Below, piece by piece: positions 17,395-26,311 of a DNA stretch of 47,488 nucleotides. The stretch is from a virus. Positions within the stretch are counted from its first letter, which is position 1. Each line of letters opens with the position of its first letter. Both the position numbers and the translations under genes were made by a program. The DNA lies in the IMG/VR virus record IMGVR_UViG_3300022690_000584; one strand, given 5' to 3'. A model generated the notes under the pieces. The model saw only the letters and a list, made by a program, of their open reading frames with translations. It was not told the DNA's origin and ran no database searches.

Positions 17395-18891
17395 ATGGGT
17401 TGCGAAACCAATGATTGCACTGATGTAGCCGCTTCATGTGCAAAATCAAAAAATGAAGTGTTAGGCACAACCAGCGCTGATGCACTGGCATGTAACGCAT
17501 CTACTATCGATACAGTAGTTAACGGCGTTGGTGTTGCAGTAAATAGACTTGGCAATCAATTAAATTCGCTTTCACAGCTTGAATCAAATTATACAATTAC
17601 GGCAATAAATGGCGGGATTTGGGCAGCTGGTCAAGCATTCACCGCATTTAATCAATTCATGGTTTTTAATCAAGTTGCTTATCAACCTAAAATTACAACA
17701 ACTTTGCCTTATATTGTTGGAGCTGATCCTACAATTGATCCAAACGTTGAGCCTGTACCAGTATCTTTAGGTGTATCGAAATCATTTGATCTAACGGCAA
17801 CATTATTAACACAAGATCTAAACAGCCTTCAAGTTGTAACAACCAGAGATGGAATAGTTACAGGTGATAATTTTGGCGGTGTATTTTCTCCTACCGGTGC
17901 AACAATACCAGGTAACGCTGGGACTGTTGATGTTATAACAGCAAAGATTTATGATTTAAATGGTATTGAATTTAAACTTATATCCCAAAAAATAAGATTA
18001 GAGACGCTAAACGTTCAATACTCAGAAACACCAGCCATTGTATTAGGTTACATCATAGAGTTAAGGAAAGCTGCGTTTACTCCAGATATCAGCCCGAAAT
18101 ATGATGTTAGCGTTCCGTTTTTTGGTCGAGATGCTTTCACTACAGATTGGGAAACCTCACTACATAGAGGGCTTGCAACTCATAATCCTGAAAACACAGA
18201 AATAGCTTTTACTTTGGGTCAAAAGACCACGATAAGAGGTAATAAAACATTTTGGGAAATGGACGTACAAATAAGCTCAGATAATATTGCATTTGTTTTT
18301 CACGATGAAACTGTTGACAACTTAACTGATGGAACAGGTGTAGCAAGATCGCTTACTATCGCACAATTACAAGCTTTAAAATTTGACAGGACCACGGGCA
18401 CTATATTTGAAGAAGGGGTAAGAATACCTTTACTTGAAGATGTAATAAAGGCCGCAGCTGTACGAGGTGTTAAGCTTGAAATAGAAATGAAACGTTATGG
18501 TCTACCTGTAACTTTAGCTGATTTTACGGTAATGACTGATTTAATCAAAAAATATTCAATGTCAAATAGCACAACATATTCCTCATTTGAAATAGATGAC
18601 ATAGTTACTATAAGAGGGTTAGATAGTCAAGGTGGCCTTGCATTAGCTTCACAAACGCCATTAGCGAATATAGCTGATTTGGAAACATTAAGATTGCTAT
18701 CTTTAGGATCAAATAGGCAACCAGTGCTGGCAAAATCAATAGTGCAATGGACTGATGATCCGACTGACGTTGCGGTTTGTCATTCTTTTGGCGTTGACTG
18801 CATAGCATTTACAGCAACAAAGGGCCGTGAACTAATAACTTTTTCAGAGATTGGCATACATAAAATACATACCAACAGTAATATAAGGTAA
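17395..18891 (+). CDS. Tail fibre/spike with a C-terminal glycerophosphodiester phosphodiesterase (GDPD) domain
   Basis: N-terminal ~110 aa are homologous to the 19715..20383 product. The C-terminal half carries GDPD signatures: HRGLATHNPENTEIAF and WEMDVQISSDNIAFVFHDETVDNLTDGTG. Confidence 0.75.
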   Translation: MGCETNDCTDVAASCAKSKNEVLGTTSADALACNASTIDTVVNGVGVAVNRLGNQLNSLSQLESNYTITAINGGIWAAGQAFTAFNQFMVFNQVAYQPKITTTLPYIVGADPTIDPNVEPVPVSLGVSKSFDLTATLLTQDLNSLQVVTTRDGIVTGDNFGGVFSPTGATIPGNAGTVDVITAKIYDLNGIEFKLISQKIRLETLNVQYSETPAIVLGYIIELRKAAFTPDISPKYDVSVPFFGRDAFTTDWETSLHRGLATHNPENTEIAFTLGQKTTIRGNKTFWEMDVQISSDNIAFVFHDETVDNLTDGTGVARSLTIAQLQALKFDRTTGTIFEEGVRIPLLEDVIKAAAVRGVKLEIEMKRYGLPVTLADFTVMTDLIKKYSMSNSTTYSSFEIDDIVTIRGLDSQGGLALASQTPLANIADLETLRLLSLGSNRQPVLAKSIVQWTDDPTDVAVCHSFGVDCIAFTATKGRELITFSEIGIHKIHTNSNIR

Positions 18892-18900
18892 TTCTATATA

Positions 18901-19701
18901 ATGAAAATACCAATTAATAAACTATTTAATCAAGAACCTTGGGTGCAGACAACAACAGGCACCGGAGCTATAACGTTTTTCGACAATCCTGAAAACGCTC
19001 AATCTACTGGCGATTTAGTAAGAACAATAGGTAATAACACTAGTCAGGCAACAGTACATCATGATTTTAGCTTGTCGCCTGGTGAAACAATAGAGGTTGA
19101 TGTAATTGCTAGGAACTTACCTGGATTTGTTGATACAGGTTCAATATACCTAGAATCCCCTATTGGCAATAGAGTTGCTGAGGTATTTGTTACGTCAACA
19201 AACTTTCAAGATTCAATTGCTTTAGTTTGGACTTCACCATTTAACGAAGGCTTTGCCATGACTCTTGTTAGGGTTGTTTTTGGCTCTGCAAGTACTCGTG
19301 ATTCTCAAGTTGAATTTTATAGACCAAGGGTTAGGCTTTACAATGGTCTTTTAGCTAGTCGTCGAGTTTTGATGGATGGTGAAATTGATATAACAGCAGG
19401 TGTTTATACTTTACTTTCAGATGGTGATCCATTCAACGTTGACCCTGCAACTATAATTAGGAATGGTGCAACAGGTGAGTTGGAAATAAGACCGCACATG
19501 GAATCATCTTCACCTTACAGGGGTAAAGTTCATATAACACCGATAAGGTCAGGCGCTTCCAAAAAGTATTACATAGAGGCTAGATATACAGTATCAACAG
19601 GAAAAATACAGATAGGTTTCTTTGACATGGGGACTAGTGCGGCTGTTGATGTCAATGCGCTAGTTGATACGCAACTATTTGCTTTTTCTGTTTATATATA
19701 A
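18901..19701 (+). CDS. Hypothetical tail-fibre-module protein
   Basis: 266-aa beta-rich ORF between the two fibre paralogs. Confidence 0.4.
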   Translation: MKIPINKLFNQEPWVQTTTGTGAITFFDNPENAQSTGDLVRTIGNNTSQATVHHDFSLSPGETIEVDVIARNLPGFVDTGSIYLESPIGNRVAEVFVTSTNFQDSIALVWTSPFNEGFAMTLVRVVFGSASTRDSQVEFYRPRVRLYNGLLASRRVLMDGEIDITAGVYTLLSDGDPFNVDPATIIRNGATGELEIRPHMESSSPYRGKVHITPIRSGASKKYYIEARYTVSTGKIQIGFFDMGTSAAVDVNALVDTQLFAFSVYI

Positions 19702-19714
19702 TTAAGGTTTTAAT

Positions 19715-20383
19715 ATGGCTACTCCAGACTCGTGTACATTATCATCAGCAGAGCCGTTAGGCACTAACAGCGATAATGCATTAAACTGTAATTCATCTGT
19801 TTTAGATTCTGTGGTTAACGGCACCGTAACTGTAGTCAGTAGAATAGGTAAAAATTTAAATTCATTGGCGCAGATAGAAGCTAATTATATAATTAGCGCT
19901 ATAAACGGCGGTGTTTGGGATACAGGGATATCATTCACCGCATTTAATCAATTCATGGTTTTTAGCGGTACTGCATATAAAGTTAAGATCACAACAACTT
20001 TGCCATTTGTTTCAGGCGCAACTCCTGATTTGGCATTTGTTGAGCCTGTGCCCGCTTCATTTGTTGACTTGGCGAATAATCAAACAGGTACGGCATATAC
20101 ATTGATCTTGTCTGATAATAATAAAACAATATGGATGAATAACGCAGCATCTAACACTTTGACAATACCTACTAACGCCTCAGTTGCTTTTGCTGTAAAT
20201 GATATTATTATGATTGTTATGGAAGGTGTAGGTGTAACAAAAATAGCTTCTGACACTGGCGTAACCTTGAACGGTGTTCTTGATGGTAGTGGGGATTTAA
20301 CATCGCAATATGCAGCGGTCACTTTAATAAAAAGAGGGACTAATTCATGGGTTGCCATTGGTAATATGGGTGCTATTACATGA
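19715..20383 (+). CDS. Second tail fibre protein sharing the N-terminal anchor module
   Basis: Residues ~10-115 align with the 17395 product (NGG.W..G..FTAFNQFMVF....Y..KITTTLP...GA.P......EPVP). Confidence 0.6.
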   Translation: MATPDSCTLSSAEPLGTNSDNALNCNSSVLDSVVNGTVTVVSRIGKNLNSLAQIEANYIISAINGGVWDTGISFTAFNQFMVFSGTAYKVKITTTLPFVSGATPDLAFVEPVPASFVDLANNQTGTAYTLILSDNNKTIWMNNAASNTLTIPTNASVAFAVNDIIMIVMEGVGVTKIASDTGVTLNGVLDGSGDLTSQYAAVTLIKRGTNSWVAIGNMGAIT

Positions 20384-21048
20384 ATTTATTACGTACTGCT
20401 ATGCAGCAAGCCAAAGCAGGTCCGCCACTTGTTACGGGATCATTTAATTTAACAGCTAATACGAATGCAGCTGGAATTACCTGGGATGGTTTTAATTTTT
20501 GGTGTGCTGATAATGTAACAAATGCAATATTTCAATATAATACAAACGGTATTTACACTGGTTTCAGCTTCTCAACTGCAGCAGAGCATGCATCAACAAG
20601 AGATGTAACAATTAACGTCTCAAATCTTGCTGTGGTTGGTAATACAAGCGACACTGTCACAAGATGGAGTAAGTTAGGTGCTAATTTAGGTGTTATATTT
20701 GCAGTGACTCCAGAAGATGACCAGGCGCTAGGTGTTGATTTTGATGGGGTTAACTTCTGGGTTTGTGGTTTTACTAACTTAAGGGTTTACAAGTATGATT
20801 CGTTAGGTATTTATACCGGTATTAGTTTTTCAATATCTGGTGAAACAGTAAATCCACGAGGGGTATCATCAATAAATAATGATTTATGGGTTGCTGGCAC
20901 TGTAGAAGATAAAGTATTTAAATATTCAAAGTCAGGTGTTTACTCGGGTATTTCCGTTGCAACAGCTGCGTTACCAATGGGTTGTTTGGCTATAGATAAT
21001 AGCCTTTGGGTAGTGAATGGTAACGTAGCAACAGAGCACGCAATTTAA
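20380..21048 (+). CDS. Beta-propeller (NHL-like) repeat protein, probable fibre accessory or receptor-binding component
   Basis: Four to five ~43-aa repeats, for example GITWDGFNFWCADNVTNAIFQYNTNGIYTGFSFS and GVDFDGVNFWVCGFTNLRVYKYDSLGIYTGISFS. ATGA overlap with the fibre gene. Confidence 0.55.
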   Translation: MNLLRTAMQQAKAGPPLVTGSFNLTANTNAAGITWDGFNFWCADNVTNAIFQYNTNGIYTGFSFSTAAEHASTRDVTINVSNLAVVGNTSDTVTRWSKLGANLGVIFAVTPEDDQALGVDFDGVNFWVCGFTNLRVYKYDSLGIYTGISFSISGETVNPRGVSSINNDLWVAGTVEDKVFKYSKSGVYSGISVATAALPMGCLAIDNSLWVVNGNVATEHAI

Positions 21049-21092
21049 TAAATCAATGTCCTGTCGTTTTTCCATAACGGGATTATTTTTAC

Positions 21093-21491
21093 TCAAGTAA
21101 TCTTAACATTAAAGTTATCACCTAAAATACTCATCAAGTGGGCTAGAGTTTTTCGACTATTTGTTACCATGATCCCGTTATGGCTGTTTTTGATAGAATC
21201 GCCGACTAAAATACAGCCTTTTGTTTGGTTAACCCAATTACCTGCATGTATTTGTACGTAAAACCTATCATGAACATTTTCAAGTTCAATGCAAAGCCCA
21301 TTTTTACGACTTTTTATTTTGCTGGCCGCATAACCATCTTTTGGAATACAACTGATATCTGATTCGTTGTTTTTCCATGGTGGCTCTAACGTAAAGCATT
21401 TAAAGTCACTTCCCTCAATGGTTAACTCGCCCATTGTCGCATATGGTAAATACCATCTATTAATTGTTATCATAATTTCTCCTAAATACAT
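21093..21491 (-). CDS. DUF5675-like protein with a YkuD-like His...Gly-Cys motif; candidate cell-wall-acting enzyme
   Basis: The motif YVQIHAGNWVNQTKGCILVG resembles the H...GC catalytic signature. This call rests on memory of the family only. Confidence 0.4.
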   Translation of the reverse strand: MYLGEIMITINRWYLPYATMGELTIEGSDFKCFTLEPPWKNNESDISCIPKDGYAASKIKSRKNGLCIELENVHDRFYVQIHAGNWVNQTKGCILVGDSIKNSHNGIMVTNSRKTLAHLMSILGDNFNVKIT

Positions 21492-21772
21492 TCGTCATCA
21501 TCGTCTTCACATTTATTTGTTAATGCTAATGTTTCGCATAAGTGTTTTCTATTATCACAAAAAGATTGTTTCTTACCTGAATTCTTTACCCTTTCCCAAA
21601 TAACTTTAGCAACAGAATACAAGTTTGCAGCCCTTTTATACTGGCCTTCTTGCTCATTTAATATTGCCTCTGATTGCTTTTTCCTTGCTCTAATTGCTTG
21701 TGTCGTTGTCATTTTAATGCCATGTTTCTGTTGATTTGTATTTAATTTAGTGTATATTGTGTTTAATGTCAA
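21482..21772 (-). CDS. Hypothetical basic protein with an acidic Cys-containing tail
   Basis: ORF overlapping the downstream gene by 10 nt. The true start may be the internal ATG at 21712. Confidence 0.4.
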   Translation of the reverse strand: MTLNTIYTKLNTNQQKHGIKMTTTQAIRARKKQSEAILNEQEGQYKRAANLYSVAKVIWERVKNSGKKQSFCDNRKHLCETLALTNKCEDDDDECI

Positions 21773-21793
21773 ATTAAACGTAAAGAAAATAAT

Positions 21794-22174
21794 ATGAGAG
21801 ATTTAACGCAAGAAGAAATAGACGAAGCTCCTGAATGGGCATTAAATTTTAGAGTTATTGAAAATAATTTTACACCAAAAATAATAAGTTACAACTGTGG
21901 AAGCAACAAGAAAAAATCACAAGCCTATTACCTTGATCACAAAACATGGACTCCAATATGTTTTGGGGCTACTCAGCACGAAGAATTCAAACCAATACCC
22001 CGAGAAAAGTTTGATATAAATAAGTATTATGAGGATAGAAATAATTATGACGACCCTTATATATGTACAAAAATTGACGGGGATGATTGTTGTATTGTTG
22101 ATGGTTCTTTAGGTAAAGAAGATGCAATAGCAATAGCCAAATACTTCAAACTAACACCGGAAGATTTAAAATGA
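21794..22174 (+). CDS. Hypothetical protein
   Basis: First ORF of a short rightward operon. No domain recognised. Confidence 0.5.
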   Translation: MRDLTQEEIDEAPEWALNFRVIENNFTPKIISYNCGSNKKKSQAYYLDHKTWTPICFGATQHEEFKPIPREKFDINKYYEDRNNYDDPYICTKIDGDDCCIVDGSLGKEDAIAIAKYFKLTPEDLK

Positions 22175-22407
22175 AAAAACAAGAAGCAATACAATGGTGC
22201 GTAGAGAATGTTAACACCTGGCCTAGCAATACCAAAGGAATTGTCAGCACTCCTGATGGTTGGCGTTGGATTAAATCAACTGATGATGATACTGGTTATG
22301 TTGATATGATTTTGATTAACGGCTCATTTAATGAGTTTATTAATAAGTGTGATTGGATTGATGCTTTGATGAAGCCGCATAGTGATAGTGAGAGTGTTTT
22401 TGGTTAA
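22171..22407 (+). CDS. Hypothetical protein
   Basis: ATGA overlap with the upstream gene. Confidence 0.5.
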   Translation: MKKQEAIQWCVENVNTWPSNTKGIVSTPDGWRWIKSTDDDTGYVDMILINGSFNEFINKCDWIDALMKPHSDSESVFG

Positions 22408-22433
22408 ACGGCACAGGCTAAAGGAGAATAACA

Positions 22434-22775
22434 GTGTTTGAAAATATAAAGTTTAAATCTATTGAAGTAGGTAGAAGGCGCACCAATGGTTTATTTGTAA
22501 ATATAATAATCAGGGGTAGGTTAATATCTGGTGTGTTTTCTTCCGAAGCTACAGATAAGTTAAATGAAATTTGCCCTGAATATTCTTCATTGAATATACG
22601 TGTCGCTAATGGGTCAATATTTGGTTTTAATCCTATTGTTGGAACCGTAAAAAAGAAGTGTAAAACACATTTTGGGATGACTTGCTTACGTGACCATGTG
22701 AAGACTTTAAAAAAAGGCCGTTACAAGTTAACACTCTATAAAGACATGTTGGTATGTGACCTTAACAGCCAATAA
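22434..22775 (+). CDS. Hypothetical basic protein
   Basis: GTG start preceded by AAGGAGAA. Confidence 0.5.
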   Translation: MFENIKFKSIEVGRRRTNGLFVNIIIRGRLISGVFSSEATDKLNEICPEYSSLNIRVANGSIFGFNPIVGTVKKKCKTHFGMTCLRDHVKTLKKGRYKLTLYKDMLVCDLNSQ

Positions 22776-22797
22776 TTTAAATAAGGAACAGTAAATA

Positions 22798-23040
22798 ATG
22801 AAAGCAATAAAAATTGAAAATACCGATCTTATAAATAAAATAAGAACTGACTATATGATGAACCAAATTTACCGCATGGCAAGTCAAGAGGGTATTGGAG
22901 AAAAAGCTATGCTTATAAAGGCCGTTATTTGCCTACTAAATTTAAAAGAAGAAGCTTTCCAAGAAAAGGTTGATGAATTAATGAGACGTCCTAGCAATAA
23001 AATAATGGAACAATTTAACTTAACAACTAAAGATAATTAA
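22798..23040 (+). CDS. Hypothetical protein
   Basis: AAGGAA upstream of the ATG. Its stop overlaps the convergent gene's stop (TTAA). Confidence 0.5.
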   Translation: MKAIKIENTDLINKIRTDYMMNQIYRMASQEGIGEKAMLIKAVICLLNLKEEAFQEKVDELMRRPSNKIMEQFNLTTKDN

Positions 23041-24014
23041 CCAACCAACAAAAGCTTATCACGCCGCTTAGCCATACGGTCAAGTAAATCCTGCTGCAAA
23101 ACTTCTCCAGTCTTTTTATTAACTAGGACTGGTGATTGCGAGCAAAGGCAATTAATAGCGTTACCATTCCTAGCGTAAAACTCTCTAACCTCATCAGTGG
23201 TATATGTTCTGCCATGCCTTTTTATATGAACTATCCTTGATGTAGGAGCCAAAGCACTAAACCAAAGCGATAGCATACCCCACTCAGAATCACCATAAAC
23301 ATCTTCGTTAAGTTCATCAGTCTCAACGCCACCAGCCGTTCGGTATGAATTTAATATTTCAGTTCTAGCTATTCTTTGGGCACGATTAAAGCTTACTTTA
23401 ACTCGTTCAGTGATGTTTTTACTTAATTCTCGTACACCAATACCATCAATCATGCCTCTTGCTAAAGTATTGGATAAGTCAGCCCTAGTTGAGTCTGACA
23501 GCCCTTTCATAGATTCAAAGGTTCGTGCCTGAACAAGTCCGACCCGCTTTTGAAATCCCCGGCTAAAAATTATCGAATCTAATCGTATTAATCGCATGTC
23601 TCTTGATAGTTCAGGGTCAACAGCCTCAACCGTAGCTATATTTTTAGATGACTGCAGTACGTCACTAGTACCATCTTCATAAGCCTGGGTAAGGTTGGTA
23701 TTTAACCACCACCTTTGAGTAAAAAAACCACTAGGGTTATCAAGTAATTCGTCATTTAAAAGCTCTTGAATGAACGTGTTTATGTTTTGAAATCGAGCAA
23801 CATCAATTTGATATTCATATTTTATATTTGCGGATATTACACGTTTATCAAGGGTGCCAATTAATTGGCGCATACCTTTATCGATACGTAGATACCTTGC
23901 AACAAGCTTTCTTTTTGCGCCTCGGATATTATTAAACTGTGCAGCAGGATCGGCAGCGTTACGCGGTACAATTGGATTGCCTATGTCACTTTTCCGTAAT
24001 GAATTAATTTTCAT
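23037..24014 (-). CDS. Head morphogenesis protein (SPP1 gp7 / Mu F-like)
   Basis: It lies immediately downstream of the portal gene with an 11-nt overlap. The motif RIARTEILNSYRTAG is typical of the Mu F family. Confidence 0.7.
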   Translation of the reverse strand: MKINSLRKSDIGNPIVPRNAADPAAQFNNIRGAKRKLVARYLRIDKGMRQLIGTLDKRVISANIKYEYQIDVARFQNINTFIQELLNDELLDNPSGFFTQRWWLNTNLTQAYEDGTSDVLQSSKNIATVEAVDPELSRDMRLIRLDSIIFSRGFQKRVGLVQARTFESMKGLSDSTRADLSNTLARGMIDGIGVRELSKNITERVKVSFNRAQRIARTEILNSYRTAGGVETDELNEDVYGDSEWGMLSLWFSALAPTSRIVHIKRHGRTYTTDEVREFYARNGNAINCLCSQSPVLVNKKTGEVLQQDLLDRMAKRRDKLLLVG

Positions 24015-25428
24015 TAAAAGGGCCGCTACTTGGATTCAGATCATCCTCTCCAAATTCTTCTAGACTACCAAGTACTTCTATTTCACCTTCATGACCAGAA
24101 GTTTTTAGCATTAACTCATCTGAAAATAAAGGTGCTTTCCTTCCTGAGTTAAATCTTCTTTCGTTGATGTTTTCCATTTTATCAGCTAAGTCTAATTTAT
24201 CACTTGAAGAATCTTCTTGTAGATCATCCCAGGTAACTTTAATTTCATCGTCAGGCTCACGAACAACGCCTATTTTGATTAAATATTTTAGGAAGCCAAT
24301 AATAATAGCTGGGGTAATAAAGTTTTCACGGCGACTAGTTGCTGTTTCATTGAATGCTGTTTCATTGCCAGTACTAGCCTGTTTATTCATTTGTACGCCT
24401 ATTAACTCACTTGCTGGCGTATTTATTGATGATGCATAAACGTTTAATGAATTGGTAAATGGTTGAGTTGGATCGGCTAATGTTGATTGTAAAGTGTGAA
24501 TATCCATACCGTAAATAGTTAAGTTTGGCGAGTCGCCACGATTGAAATTATCAACATTTTCATCGTAGGTTGCTTTAAACTTCTCATCCTTCAATGCCTG
24601 AGCAACTTGATTGTCATTTACATTTGTAATAAATCTTTGCTTTGAATTCTTCCTCAAACCAGTTTGACCACTGGCGCAAATTATTTCAAGATCCATTAAA
24701 GCATTAAATCCTGCTTCATTAGCTGGTATGCCAAAAATGCTACCATCGTCGGCACCTTCAGCAACAGGAAATACACGACTGGGATCTAATCGTATTTGCT
24801 TATTATCAATTGGATTTCTGTCACCAAAAACCTCTTCACGCAAGTTATAATGTGAAGGCATCCCATAATCAGCACTATTTATATCTGAATTTGTTCCAAC
24901 ATCGGTAACATCAACTTGTGATTCAAACTTAGGTACTAATTTTATTAATGCCTCTACGCTGTTTACTTTTGTTATTGGCTTATCAGGATCGTTTGATTCT
25001 TGCTCTTTAACTACCGGTAAAATAACTGCATATCGGCCAACGCGCTGACGCCAATCAACACCCTTTAGCCTAGCAAATAAGAAATGTTTTTCTATTAATA
25101 CTGCAACATCTTGCTCGAATGGTGTTAACGCGCGATCACCATCTTTTTCACCATCTGTGATGATAGGGTTACTTTGCCAACACTTATCAACAATTTTATG
25201 AATACCGGCATGAGCAATACCGAATCTTGATTGCATATTCCAGTGATCACCAAAATTTAGTAATTTTGGATAACCTGCAGAAGACCAATAATCAATATTT
25301 GTATTTGAATTATGATATGTTCCTGTTAGGTGATATCCGAACATAGAACTTCGTCTATTACCAGAAAAACCTCTTCCATCTGTATTGGCTAGTAATTTCT
25401 TCGCACGCTTTTGTTTTTTACTCGGCAT
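24004..25428 (-). CDS. Portal protein
   Basis: 474 aa, upstream of the MuF-like gene, with an acidic C-terminus. Size and pairing are typical of DUF1073-type portals. Confidence 0.65.
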   Translation of the reverse strand: MPSKKQKRAKKLLANTDGRGFSGNRRSSMFGYHLTGTYHNSNTNIDYWSSAGYPKLLNFGDHWNMQSRFGIAHAGIHKIVDKCWQSNPIITDGEKDGDRALTPFEQDVAVLIEKHFLFARLKGVDWRQRVGRYAVILPVVKEQESNDPDKPITKVNSVEALIKLVPKFESQVDVTDVGTNSDINSADYGMPSHYNLREEVFGDRNPIDNKQIRLDPSRVFPVAEGADDGSIFGIPANEAGFNALMDLEIICASGQTGLRKNSKQRFITNVNDNQVAQALKDEKFKATYDENVDNFNRGDSPNLTIYGMDIHTLQSTLADPTQPFTNSLNVYASSINTPASELIGVQMNKQASTGNETAFNETATSRRENFITPAIIIGFLKYLIKIGVVREPDDEIKVTWDDLQEDSSSDKLDLADKMENINERRFNSGRKAPLFSDELMLKTSGHEGEIEVLGSLEEFGEDDLNPSSGPFNEN

Positions 25429-25433
25429 AATAA

Positions 25434-25456
25434 AGCCCTATTTGATTTATAGGGCT
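25434..25456 (-). terminator. Hairpin between the methylase and portal genes (terminator and/or 5' stem-loop of the portal mRNA)
   Basis: Perfect 8-bp stem AGCCCTAT/ATAGGGCT with a 7-nt loop. On the minus strand it is preceded by TGCTATAAT (25457-25465, extended -10-like) and followed by TTTATT-ATG. Confidence 0.4.
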
Positions 25457-25486
25457 ATTATAGCAGGATTGTTTTTTATTATATAA

Positions 25487-26065
25487 TTACTGGTTATCGA
25501 ATGCTTTTTTATTTCTATTAAACCTTACATACTTGGCCTGTCCACCATTATTAAAGGGAGTCCATAAAGGGAAGCAAACAGGAAAGTTTGCACCAGATTT
25601 AACGTGCTTGTTTTGTTTTTTACACCATCTAGTAAATGGTGTTCCATCATGTTTTAAGAATTGAATTCTACCATCTGGAACATAGATGAAAGTAGCTTTT
25701 CTTTCCACCTCTTGGAACCAATCTACATCTGGGGCATGTTTTACGCACCCTAAAACAAACGCACCATAAATAGACTCTTGCCAAGCGGTTAAAGTGAATA
25801 TTTTTGATTGACTGAATGGTGGATTCATCCATAGACAATTTGTTTGATCATATCCTGTATTTATTTTATGAAGTTTGTCAGCCCAATTTTTATCCAGTGC
25901 ATTATCTTCTTTACTCCAAAAGCTTTTTGATACTGCACTTTTTTCAGTAGCGCAAACATCGTGCATAATATTTACATTTACAACTGATTCTAATTGATTA
26001 ATAAGCCAGCGAGGTGTCATTGAGTTGTCGGCTTCACTCTCGCCACTGTGATATGCTTTATCCAT
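25487..26065 (-). CDS. Phage-type DNA N6-adenine methyltransferase (Dam-like)
   Basis: Motifs TPRWLINQL, HDVCAT and LWMNPPFS (catalytic NPPF). Confidence 0.8.
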   Translation of the reverse strand: MDKAYHSGESEADNSMTPRWLINQLESVVNVNIMHDVCATEKSAVSKSFWSKEDNALDKNWADKLHKINTGYDQTNCLWMNPPFSQSKIFTLTAWQESIYGAFVLGCVKHAPDVDWFQEVERKATFIYVPDGRIQFLKHDGTPFTRWCKKQNKHVKSGANFPVCFPLWTPFNNGGQAKYVRFNRNKKAFDNQ

Positions 26066-26311
26066 TACATTTCCTATAAAAGTTGTAAGTTATAACCCTA
26101 ATCGGCCAAGCGGGTTAGTCTTGATGTAGGAACAAACACGTAATCGAGGAAGAAACGCGCAAAAACCTTACCTACTCATTTACTGTGATCCGTTGTGCTT
26201 TAGTGCAAGGAGTGCAACGTCAATGTTGCGACCATTCAACCTTGTATCGAGCAAGATAACGCTACAACGGCAGTCATCATATACGCATGAGTTACCACGT
26301 ATTATTGTTTG

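Noticed and set aside
17636-19964. A diversity-generating retroelement (template/variable repeat pair) involving the two fibre genes
   Set aside because: No reverse transcriptase ORF is present. The similarity lies in the N-terminal anchor rather than the receptor-binding C-terminus, and the differences are not adenine-specific.
21049-21092. A possible terminator hairpin after the beta-propeller gene (cctgtcgtttttccataacggg)
   Set aside because: Only a 4-bp core stem with mismatches and no clean T-run, so it is too weak to call.
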